Assembly: GCF_947568905.1 (NCBI RefSeq)
Contig: NC_079164.1
Coordinates: 69,068,001-69,132,000, forward strand
Reading direction: 5' to 3'
From: Ostrea edulis
Taxonomy: Eukaryota
Length of the DNA stretch: 64,000 bases
The notes beneath the pieces are model-generated. The model saw nothing but the letters and a program-made list of their open reading frames with translations, was not told the DNA's origin and did no database searches. Numbering within the stretch: the stretch's first letter is position 1; the number at the start of each line of letters is the position of its first letter. Position numbers and translations under genes: made by a program. Positions 48,101 to 58,050 of this stretch are shown here, piece by piece.

Positions 48101-49967
48101 TATTTTCATAAGGTAATCCAATTGAAAGTATTTATAGAGTTAAGTGCTTTTGGTTAAAATAGTTGTACTTTTGCATTACTAGTCTATAGGATATGTACAT
48201 CACAAAAATAACTCTTACCAAAGCATAGTACACCAAAGCATACATAAAAGCATACAAGTATTGCATTGACTGAAAATGCCAGTTTGAGTACCTTGTAACT
48301 TTTCCATTCATAACACAGGCCTGAATGCTGTCAGCCATTCTGTTGTGCATCAAACAAAACCTCAGAAAAGCCCTTCCTTTTCCTAGTGATGTTTTGTACT
48401 GAAATAAAAGTGTTACAGAACATTAACTTTATTTACAATGTCAAGGCTTGTGAACATGTAATTTCTCCCAAGACATTATGTATTTGCACAGCCCTGCAAT
48501 TTCAGCATGAATGTAGCGCTTTATTCACAGAAACAAAACTTATCAAGATATGAAAATACGCAGTACAAGCCTCCATTACATGTATGTTTTGTGATTCTTA
48601 ACTCTTATATCCACATTCCATCCCATTGTTGACCCAATGATTTTATTGTATTCAATATATACCATCACTAATCTCCTGAACACTCATATCACATATTTAA
48701 TAATGCCATTATTGATTCTCACAAACACTTACATCCCAAATATATTTAATTCAATCATTGAACTCCTTAACACCTACATTCCCGATAGTTTTGACATAGT
48801 TAATTGATCCTATTACTGATCCATTAACATTTACATTGTCAAAAGTTTTGATGTACAAGTAATTAAAACATGATCTTTAATCACTGATTCCCTTAACACT
48901 TACATCCCCGATAGTTTTGACATATTTAATCCCATCATTGATCCCCTTGCTGGATCCCAGACAGTCACAGATATAATCCCAATAATCCTTCTTCTTTCCC
49001 AGTATGGTGTATTTATCTGTTTAAAGATAGGAGTCATTGTTAAACAATGTAATGTATTTCCATGAAATATTGAGGCAATAAAAAGTCATACATATATATC
49101 GTATAAAGTTCGTTTGTTTGTATTTTACATCATGAAGATATGTTCAAAATACCTGAACCCAGTATTTAACATGAGTTAAATTTAACTGACAATTGGATAT
49201 GGCTGGGTATTTTCATGCCATTCCTTATAATGAGCTTGACTGTATTTAGAAATAATTGATGACATTCCAATTTTGAAAAATGAAAATACCTTTCATATCA
49301 GCTCTTAACAAGTATTCCAGCTTGGCACAGAATCTCTGAAGTTGTTGATTATCATCAGTCAGTGGTTGGTGATTGTCTTCAAAGTCTGACTTCATATCAG
49401 CAATACACTCTGATCAAATTACATGTAACAACAATGAATATGTTGTTTTGCTCAGTTTATCAACATTGTTATAGGAAGTGCATATGTACTACATAGCTAC
49501 TTTTTGGGTGCATTGTCCTTGCAGTATATGTCTACCACGGGTCCTTGTAAAAATAAATCCAGAAGTTAAATCCTCCGCTTTTGAGCACAAACCGTGCAAG
49601 GTGCTATATCTGTGTAGGTACTGATTCAATACTTGTTTCATTGGTCCAAACATATTACAGCTGAGCTGTATACATAAATGTATTGCTTGAACCTATCTAG
49701 TTGAAAAAATTTCATGTTGATTCAAATTTTGAAAAGGTTTAGAATGGATTGTATTTTGTGATGGAAGGATTGCGCATGTTTAAACAAAAAGTTCTAAATC
49801 TGCACAATTTTACAATTTCTGTTTTCTCTTACCCTACCTGATATATCTTGTACAATCTTGTCATTCTGAGGGTAGGACACCTGAGTGGGGGATGGTGACA
49901 CCTGCTGCCCTGGGGAGGAGGCAACCTGCTGTTTACCTCTGGTAAAGGGCACAACTGGCACAGACAT
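27964..49967 (-). CDS. FYCO1: FYVE and coiled-coil domain autophagy adaptor (RUN, coiled-coil, FYVE, LIR, GOLD), 21 coding exons, ~1758 aa
   Basis: Exons (transcript order): 49967-49838, 49409-49290, 49016-48904, 48398-48292, 47434-47291, 46873-46792, 45907-45687, 45250-45016, 44241-43237, 42805-41180, 40538-40398, 38458-38387, 37390-37272, 36526-36388, 35303-35230, 33404-33244, 31995-31749, 31268-31113, 30265-30106, 29555-29386 (GC donor), 28018-27964; total 5277 nt in frame. RUN: LGKKKDYWDY, KTSLGKGRAF, FDLAARGYDLDNAWPSFAKRT, WNPPSRADSMSSL. FYVE: WIDEKTVTNCMGC...RKHHCRLCGQVFC...RACNHC. LIR: DEIFHLVSNEE. GOLD: GIYTLFFDNTYSR. Confidence 0.93.
30844..30972. other. Assembly gap (N run) inside a FYCO1 intron
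   Basis: 129 Ns; flanking exons are phase-compatible (2/2), so no exon is required in the gap. Confidence 0.98.
31507..31695. mobile_element. MITE with TACTGTATACAGGG-type TIRs (FYCO1 intron)
   Basis: tactgtatacaggg...ccctgtatacaata inverted ends, plus internal inverted segments. Confidence 0.65.
32554..33105 (-). mobile_element. Non-autonomous Helentron/HINE-like element with ~165-bp internal repeats
   Basis: aacaag... end, repeated aaggtcaaggtca...ggtacc...cttgtcacaaggaatactcatgtgaaatat units, gacggaatgacaga microsatellite, terminal gccccc...gggggcataaaaa hairpin. Confidence 0.7.
33946..34263. mobile_element. TTAA-flanked MITE (Kolobok/piggyBac-type ends) containing a tRNA-derived segment on -
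   Basis: TTAA|GGAGGTATGCTACAC ... GTAGAGTACTACC|TTAA; - strand TAGCTCAGTAGG (A box, 34143-34154) and GGTTCGAGTCC (B box, 34100-34110). The cloverleaf does not pair as a genuine tRNA. Confidence 0.65.
34358..34467. repeat. Hairpin/MITE-like inverted repeat (33-bp arms)
   Basis: aggttatagactttgtatgggaaaatatgacga ... tcgtcatattttcccaaacaaagtctataacct. Confidence 0.75.
35387..35598. mobile_element. MITE (TACTGT...ACAGTA ends), copy 1
   Basis: TIR tactgtggaatcattagaattcgtgg / ccacgaatttaaatgattctacagta; second copy at 40633-40856. Confidence 0.75.
37929..38085. repeat. Imperfect hairpin/MITE-like inverted repeat
   Basis: aaaatgtctttctttgttgtttcatcaggtgatgaaggtagc ... gctaccttcatcatccgatgaaac...aacaaagaaagcatttt. 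Confidence 0.65.
40633..40856. mobile_element. MITE (TACTGT...ACAGTA ends), copy 2
   Basis: Colinear with 35387-35598. Confidence 0.75.
40857..41099. mobile_element. Second MITE family (TACCGTA...ATGGTA ends) abutting the previous MITE
   Basis: taccgtataagcagaattttttaagcgag ... ctcgctaaaaattccacttacatggta imperfect TIR. Confidence 0.55.
46113..46760 (-). repeat. 20-bp minisatellite, 32 units; in the FYCO1 sense each unit is a 5' splice-site consensus (TCAGTACACAG|GTAAGTATG)
   Basis: Units at exact 20-nt spacing 46121-46721 plus one at 46743; 22 contain ATACTTACCTG on +. Confidence 0.95.
48660..48950 (-). repeat. Degenerate ~54-bp tandem copies of a FYCO1 exon 3' end plus donor
   Basis: Unit aacacttacatccccgatagttttgacatatttaatcccatcattgatcccctt recurs with donor-like cores at 48682, 48727, 48772, 48829 and the real donor at 48898-48903. 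Confidence 0.75.
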
Positions 49968-50479
49968 GGCTACCTCTGCTGTCGAAAAGAAAGTGTTACT
50001 TTATATAAATGTATATATGTCTCTAAAGATACTCAAATCCGTATGTATACCTGTAGATCTACAGATAGAGTAGGTGATGACAGCTAGTACGTCATGCTAT
50101 AAATTTATAATTCTAGTCCTTCAGTCAGTGGTAAAAATGGCTAGTTACACTTACTGACTTACACTAACTTAAAAGTACAGGGAAGTATAATACATTTTAT
50201 TGCATCAAACATACAAAGACATCCTAACATTTTGATGAAATACAGAAATAGCGTACAAAAGATGAACTTACTACCACGAAATTATTGTGTAAATCTTCTA
50301 TTAATCCTTATTTCCACAAATGATGTGATACAGAATCAAGGTCGAGGAATACATAATGCAGGACATTTTCAACGTTCACATGATGCTTATTTTGCTGGGC
50401 GTAACCCTTTCTGACTAAACATCAAATATCTATTATTACCTGTATATTTCTACTCCTGTAATAATAAAAATACGAAATT

Positions 50480-51000
50480 ACATGTTGTAAAATAAATATT
50501 GTTTACGTCTACTAAAAAACTGAAAATGAAACTCGTCACATGACCTGCCGGAGTTGATTAACTCGTTCTTTGAATGCTTAAATTGAAAGTACAGATAATC
50601 AGTCGTAACTATGTTGGATTTCCCATTACTGTGGAAATGAAACATGGATGGTGAATGTTAAGTCAAATTAATGATGCTATGATCCAAGGTGAGCTTGTTA
50701 CATTAGATTGATTATAATTTCAACGTTTACGGTTTTGGGGGAGAGTCTATTGTGGGGAAGGAGTGGTCTTCCAATCGGATAACCTCGGGTCTATTCCTTT
50801 CCCATCTCCACCACTGGGAAGACCGTCCTATAGAGTATGCCTGTTTGGTGTGGGACCCGTACTATACTGAAGACATAACAAAATTAAATGGTTCAGAGAC
50901 GGGTAGCTAGATAAACACGGGTAAACACAGAGACTTCTCTCGTGTCAGTGACATGATACGCCACCTATGATAGATACACTGTTCTACCGTTAGTGATGAT
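50480..51000. promoter_or_regulatory. Probable shared (head-to-head) promoter region of FYCO1 and the BTB gene
   Basis: Both genes have ATG exons preceded by acceptors (49979-49981 on -, 51692-51694 on +), so non-coding first exons must lie in the ~1.7 kb between them. Exact TSSs were not determined. Confidence 0.35.
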
Positions 51001-51695
51001 GTCTAGACTTGCTCAAGTCTCTATATAAGTATATTTTGTACAGTATTTATTACTTTATCATTTCGTCCAAATTTTACCGTGTTTCAGAAATCTAAATTTT
51101 TGCTCTCTATCGTACTTAAATGTCATGTTCGATGTGATATTTATCAAGAAATAGAAAAATATGTTTCCTCAATTATCTCTCCTTCCCTTAATCCTGTCCA
51201 CTCACGTTGTTTGAACCTCAGATGCTCATATGATAAAGATCTGAGTTTATTCATGCAAACCATCATTCCCAGAACTAGGGTGAAACCACAATGAATGTTT
51301 ACGTAGGAATATATGTAGATATATTTTGTAAAAGTTTTCTTTTCAAAAGCCAGAAGGGTACAGTTTGTCAAATCAGTATGTATAAAGCATCCTCATTTAG
51401 TGTAGATTCAAGTTTGCCTATACTATACATATTGTGCCTCCCGTGGTCTTAATGAGGCAGAGGAGTTTAGGGAAATTCTTCTCAAGAAACAATACTGATT
51501 TGTCAAATTGATTATGATATTATGCTAGAGCTCTATGGAGATTTATCGTTCCCGTGACCAGAGTGGGACTAAAATACCATGCTCATACACAACATGTATT
51601 TATGCCTCTTTGACAATATATATGATGAGCATTACTAAAAATAAGTGCAACCAGTATTAACGGTGCAATACAAAAATGTATTTCTTTTCGATAGA

Positions 51696-53132
51696 ATGGA
51701 GTCCAAATCTTGGCAAGATTCTCTTTCGTTAAAAGAGGCACTTTTGCGCATGCTGGAGAATGAGATATCCTATGACGTCATATTCCATATTGGTGAGAGA
51801 TCAGATGAAGTTCGCAGTCATAGTTTTATTCTGACTGCGCGTAGCCATGTTTTTCAAGCTATGCTTGAAGGACCAATGATAGACCGTGATCCAAATGGAA
51901 GGGTGTTAGTTTCTTTACCAGAGGTGGACGTAGAAATGGTTCAGTGCTTTCTCAGGTTTGTGTATAATTTTAGTCAAAGATGTCTTAATGGTTAAACAAT
52001 TACGATCATGTGAGATCAAGTTCCAAAAAGGGTTTATTTTCAGAACAGCAGGAATCAAATATGATACTTTATTCACGTACTTCCATATTTGTAATTTTGT
52101 AGATATCTGTACACAGACGATATTGAACTTTCAGAAGATAACGTGATGCCATTGTTGTATTTGGCCAGAAAGTACTTGGTTCAAACCCTGATTGATAAAT
52201 GTCAGAATTTTATAAAAGACGCAAAACTTTTGGAACCCGAAAACTCGGTAGAAATATACCACCAAGCTTTCCTGTTTGATCTAGGAGATCTGATGGCCGA
52301 CAGCATGAAAACAATCAATCAAAGAACAAAACAGTGCCTTGAATCCGACTCCTTCCTGACACTTCCACAGGAGTGTGTTCGAATGATCATTGCAGACGAT
52401 CATCACCAGGTGGAAGAGGATGTAATTTATAAAAACGTTATAAGATGGTGCGAAGAAGAATGCATAAGAAGAGGTGTAAGCGGAAGTGACGAGGTGATCC
52501 GCGAGATTTTAGGAGATATTTTATATGAGATAAGATTTCCAAATATGAATATTGCTTTCTTTCAGTCGTCCATCGAGAAGCGACGTATTTTGACGGAAGC
52601 TGAGAAGAAAGAAGTAAAGGATTTGCTGAAAGGTGTGAATAGGAATACCTACCGAGGGCTGTTTAAATGCAAACCCAGGAATATTTGTCAAAGAGTGATG
52701 AGAATGGAATTACATGAAGAAGAGATGGTGCTAGACGACATAGAAAATGCAATTGCTTTTGAGTCTTCCGTAGAATGTGTACTACATGGAATAGTAACTT
52801 ATGGATTAAGTCATGCAGTAGCGAAGTTTACATTCTACGTTAAGGTTATGGATGACGAGGATAAAATTTTAGTAAATGAGGATTTTTGTATGGAGTCTGA
52901 TTCAAAAACTCAGTTATACAATGCCAAATTTCAAAAAGCTGTAGAGGTTGTGCCAGATCGAAAATACCGTGTCAGTTTGACTTTGGACGATACCAACTGG
53001 TCGTGGAAAGGAATATATGGTCGCCATTCAGTCCCTTTTAAGGACGGTGAGGTTAAATTTACAGACTGTAGTGGAGAAGCTGAGGAAACCGGCATGCTGG
53101 GAGGCCAGATTCCCGGATTACTTTTATCATGA
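51696..53132 (+). CDS. BTB/POZ-BACK-PHR domain protein (BTBD1/2/3/6-like family), 2 coding exons, 429 aa
   Basis: Exons 51696-51955 and 52103-53132 (AG|gtttgt ... tgtag|A). BTB: DVIFHIG...SHSFILTARSHVFQAML...FLRYLYTD; ARKYLV; BACK: EEDVIYKNVIRWCEEEC...LYEIRFP; PHR-like C-terminus ending GGQIPGLL. Confidence 0.9.
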
Positions 53133-53499
53133 GTCATCAACAGGATCTGGGAATCCTCTGACTATAATTGATTACACTCTAATCAGTTGTAAATACGATT
53201 TACGGAGTCATTTCTAACAAATTAATGATACATCGCATTTTAGAAGCCCTTTGGATGCATAAATAATTATATATTTAATTATAGCCTGTTGATGAAGACT
53301 ATCCTTGGTTTTATCGCACCCAATACAACGAGGTCCGAAGTCAATATTATACTATTGGTTGGTGTGGGAAAAACGCCACGGTTTGAACGAAGTCAACCTA
53401 CTATAATTGTTGCTTTATTTTTCTTCAGATCCATTTATGGGATCATAAGGTTTTCACAATTGTGATATTCTTTAGTAATTAATATTTTTCAGATATAAT

Positions 53500-53840
53500 T
53501 TGGTTAACAGGACTGTTAGTCCCCGAGGGTCTCTACAGCCCAGTAACTAAGTACTTCGTTACTAGCTTGAAAACACGGATGTATATTTAATTGCTGTGAT
53601 AATATTTAGAAATTCATATCAAAATTAAGGATTATCTCCCTCATGCATAGCTCTTGTCCTTAGACGAATTTGACTCCACGTTTTAGCACTCTGTTTTTCC
53701 CTATATAATAGCGCTTACAAGTTTATCGCTATTTCGAATTTCAAACATTTCGGTTGAGCATCACTGAAGAGACATTATTTGTCGAAATGCGCATCTGGTG
53801 CATCAAAATTGGTATCGTATAAGTTTTACATTTATACGAT
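53500..53840 (+). mobile_element. Penelope-like pseudo-LTR / retrozyme-type repeat fragment carrying a hammerhead
   Basis: Hosts the minimal hammerhead at 53758-53801, a motif typical of Penelope-like pseudo-LTRs. Boundaries are approximate. Confidence 0.5.
53758..53801 (+). ncRNA. Minimal type I hammerhead ribozyme
   Basis: GCAUCA-CUGAAGA-GAC(auuauuu)GUC-GAAA-UGCGCA-UC^UGGUGC: full core, stem I 6 bp (one GU), stem II 3 bp, palindromic stem III (AUGCGCAU); predicted cut after 53795. Confidence 0.8.
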
Positions 53841-55220
53841 ATTTCATGATTGATTTGAAAATATAATTCTTCTGAATTACAATCCAAAATGATAAATAGA
53901 GTGAACATGAAATTGTACTGGAAAACTTAATTTGATGGATGTACGAGTTGTTAGTAGGCAGGTTCTGCATATGACAATCGGGGGAGCCTGTATGTAATAT
54001 ATCCATGTAAGTATATCAAGAAAGCAGCGATTTGTGTAATGATACAATCTAATTAAAATTAGATCCTTTGACCCGCTCCCGTATATCACTACGATCAAAG
54101 GATATAATTTTAATTAGATTGGTAATGATAATTATATGTGTTGATGCATGCCGACTACCTGGTCAAAACCATGGTGCTGAGTTCAAAACTGACAGTAACT
54201 GTATATTGGTTAAGAAAACACACCACACACCTTGGTTTCTATTTTGTTGTTTTGCCGCGTTGACTGATCTTATTCTATTCAATAAATGCATCTGAAAAAT
54301 TAAAACATGTCCAATTCGTTAATCCTTCACATTTATCTATTCAAAATTGGATCTTATTGAAGTCATGAGGAAATTCATCCATTTAGAAAAGCATTTGAAA
54401 AGTAATTCTTTGTCTCGAATATGGCATCTTCGCTTACCGGTACTACGAAGAGGTTCCTATCCTTTTTGGTGACTTCCATACCTGTAGCTCAAGTAAGCTT
54501 GAATCATCGGGTGACCTGAAGATCTAATATATTGAACCTCCAATTGTTTGCAAAAATTTATTAATATACATTCTGTATGTTGAATTTTTCAACTAATAGA
54601 AGATAAACATTCTATTCTATTGGACAACATGGTGAATTGAGAGTTGACCATCATCAGTTTGGCAGGAAATATCAAGGCCCCCCGTTGGTATTCATTGCTG
54701 CTCGAATTCTGTGATGCATGGATCCCTTTTCACAATTTATTCGTGCAATAAGGATGCTCCGTCACTCAGAACAGTTGTTCAGTACGCAACTTCCGAGTTG
54801 TCCAACAGTTGTTTCTCTTTGTTAACTCGTGTGCACGGTGAGACGCAAAATATGTTTTCCTACCCACGCGGTGGGCACAAATGCTTATCGCTGCATTCAT
54901 ATATTGTCTAAAGGATGATTACGATCTGTCATACCACTACCAGAATTGCAGGGAAACACAAATTTAGTAAGTTTATGAGTATGTGATAATAAAATAGCTC
55001 AAACTAATGTCGATAATCACCATCTAGAAGCACTCATGTCGAAGAGGAAATAAAATAATAATTTCATATTTATGGTCTAATTCATATAACTTATTCTTGA
55101 TATGGTCATTTGATGTATACCAACGGCTGATATAAAAAAAAATTACACTTTCATTACTTTTATCATTATCACCATAAACTGTCTATAACATATCTAAAGG
55201 GTCTACATCATGTACCACCC

Positions 55221-55850
55221 TAATCTCGGCTGAGATTCGGCTTGTTGGCTGAATTTTTGGACTGATGCCTTCACCGAATCTCGGAGCAGTCCTTCATAGT
55301 TCATGTCTGGAAATTTACTTTCAGCTTCGGCCGGTTCTAGCAATTAATGTCCACTTAGATGTAAATTCCATAAAATATACTATTACTAAATTTTCCGTTC
55401 AAATGATGAGTTTCACGGCACAATATTTTAACTCCCGAAATTGAAGAGTTCCAATAGTTTGTTTTTTAAATTAGCGATATACAAGACGGTATGTGGGGAT
55501 ACACTGTATCAGTAACTAGATAATACAGACTACAGGAGCTCTTCAATTTCAGGAGATAACGATTTTGTGCCATGGAAGTCATCATTTAAACGGAAAATTT
55601 AGTGACACTTCATTTTAGGATTTTTATACCCAAACGGTAAGCATTGCAAAGTTAATAGTGATAGAAAGTTAGTTTGATAGTCAAATCACTTATTTGAAGC
55701 GAACAGTAGTGTCACCCAAGTGCACATTAATTGCTTGAACCGGCTGAAGTTGAAAGTAAATTTCCAGACATGAATTATGAAGGACTGCTCCGAGATTCGA
55801 TGAAGGTGTCGGTCCAAATATTCAGCCAAGCCGAATCTCAGCCGAGATTA
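55221..55850. mobile_element. 630-bp foldback (Mutator/MULE-like) non-autonomous element with 9-bp TSD
   Basis: GTACCACCC at 55212-55220 and 55851-55859; ~135-bp TIRs (taatctcggctgagattcggctt.../...aagccgaatctcagccgagatta) and a second internal inverted pair (55390-55450 / 55535-55600). Confidence 0.8.
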
Positions 55851-56226
55851 GTACCACCCAGAATACTGAACCAACCTCCATCTCATAAGAGCTGATATCT
55901 CGGAAATTGCGTATTATTCTCCGTGATCTACTGTTACTGGTATAATCGAAATACACATTGACATCCAACGGAGTTGTAAAGCGTGAATCTTAACTCGCCA
56001 GAGAAGAATACTTGACGTCATCTTTGCAGAAAGGAAGCATATTTTGACGATGTCGTTGCAACCATAGGAATATGGCGTCACGTCTATAATTCCCACTTCA
56101 ACGTGACGCGTCTTGATAGCTTAGAAGCAGAGACATCTCAGCATAGCTGTAATAATGTAGCCCTCTTCGACCCCCCCCCCCTCCCCCGAAGACGTCAGAA
56201 GAAGAAAAAAATCGGGTAGGGCTACA

Positions 56227-56580
56227 TTATTAGGGCTCCGCATGAAATGCGGGAAGCCCTATAGTAATCGCATTGTCTGTCTGTCCGTCAACACTTTCTT
56301 CGTGACACGATAACTCAAACTGTTTTATCGTACAGTTTTCAAATATTGTACAGAAATAATGTACAATGAGAGGAAGCCGATAGATTTTTGGGTCATTTCA
56401 CTTTGTCTGTATGGCATAATCTTTGGTAATATGAACACTTTCTTTGTGACACAGTAACTCAAACAGTTTTCATTGTACAGTTTTCAAATTTTGTACAGAA
56501 ATACTTTTATTGAGAGGAACCCATCTATAGATTTTGGAGTCATGTCACTTTGTCTGTTTGTTTGTCATCATCTTTCTTAA
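56227..56580 (+). mobile_element. Truncated Helentron/HINE-like element
   Basis: tattagggctccgc...gcgggaagcccta hairpin, ctgtctgtccgtc microsatellite, repeated aacactttct..gtgacac..taactcaaac units. Confidence 0.5.
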
Positions 56581-56769
56581 TATGTATACGGTGTAACCGT
56601 TGGGCCGAGCGAAGCATGTACGTAACTCCGTGTCCCGAGTGGTAATCATAATTCCGTTAAGTACGGTAGATTATGATTCATTTATAAATATATATTGAAT
56701 GAAATTTCCTTGCGCTAAACACCCAGTAACATCTCAATATTTAAGGAGTTTATATGGGGACAACAGTTT

Positions 56770-57400
56770 TACATGATCCGCCTATTCATTGAACGCGGGA
56801 AATAAAACGCAAGGCGACGTAAACTGTGCATTGTGACGTCACATTTAGCCTCGACTTTTTTTTTTCTTTTTCAAAGCAAACAATTATAAACAGCAATAAT
56901 GCATTCCGTATGCAATGAAAAAAGGCCGTTAAAACCAAACAAAATTAACCAATAAATTCAAAATGGTAAAAAAGTAACCGTAATTTTATCGTATATTCTT
57001 ATTTTTACATGATGTTTTAACAACTTTCGATCGGGATCGGGATACGAAATAAAATTTCTTATATCCGGTTGCAAAATTACTTTGGTGTGGTCCAATCAAT
57101 GTGGTGTGGTCCCCCCCCCCCCCAAGTGAAATTGCTTCCTACGGGCCTGTATGGTCATTGGCGTGTCCCAAGTGATAGTCATAATTCCGCCTATTCATCG
57201 AACGCGCGGGAAATAAAACGCAAGGCGACGTCAACTGTGCATTGTGACGTCACATTTAGCCTCGACTTTTTTCTCTTTTTCAAAGCAAACAACAATAATG
57301 CATTCCGTATGCAATGAAAAGGGCCGTTATAAAACTAAACAAAATTAACCAATAAATTCAAAATGATAAAAAAGTAACCGTAATTTTATCGTATATTCTT
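56770..57400. repeat. Direct repeat of ~220 bp (56770-57000 and 57180-57400)
   Basis: ccgcctattcat.gaacgc..gggaaataaaacgcaaggcgacgt...gtatattcttatt occurs twice. Confidence 0.85.
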
Positions 57401-57519
57401 ATTCAAAGAAACTCATGAACTCGTTCATCTATTTAGTCGTCTTACGATTTTATATGTAATTATTTGCTGAAATCTGTTACAATGATAATTATACTATTCA
57501 CTTTGAACAAACTGAGTAT

Positions 57520-58050
57520 TTAAATTACAAATTGCACGTCAGAGTCTTCTATTATTGGCATTCAAAATAAAACACGAATAACTGTTGAAGCAGGTAATGA
57601 AATAATAAATGGCGGCGCCCATATGGATCACGAAAAATTCAGTGAACGTATATAGAGATTATCTCTTTTTCTGTTGCTGATTTTGACTTTTTCTTTTACA
57701 TACGTGTTAGGCCCGTCTGAGCTTCGCTCGGTATTACTGTTTTTCTATTTGATGATTGGCTAAAAACTGTAACAATAATAATCATACCATTCATTTTTAA
57801 CAAACTGGGTGTTTGAATTACAAATTGCACGTTAGTCTTGTATTTTTGGCATTCAAAATTAAAACACGAATAACTGTAGAAGCAACTAATGAACAAAGTA
57901 TAATGGCGGCGCCCATATGGATCACAAAATTTTTAGTGAACGTATATAGAGATTATCTGTATTCATTTGCAGATTTTCTCATTTTTTTTTGTTTTACGTA
58001 TACGTGTTACCTTTAGAGCCTTGCTTCGCGGACGAGCCTTCGGCCCGCCC
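57520..58050. repeat. Direct repeat of ~230 bp (57520-57760 and 57815-58050)
   Basis: aattacaaattgcacgt...aatggcggcgcccatatggatcac...cgagcttcgctcggtat occurs twice. Confidence 0.8.
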
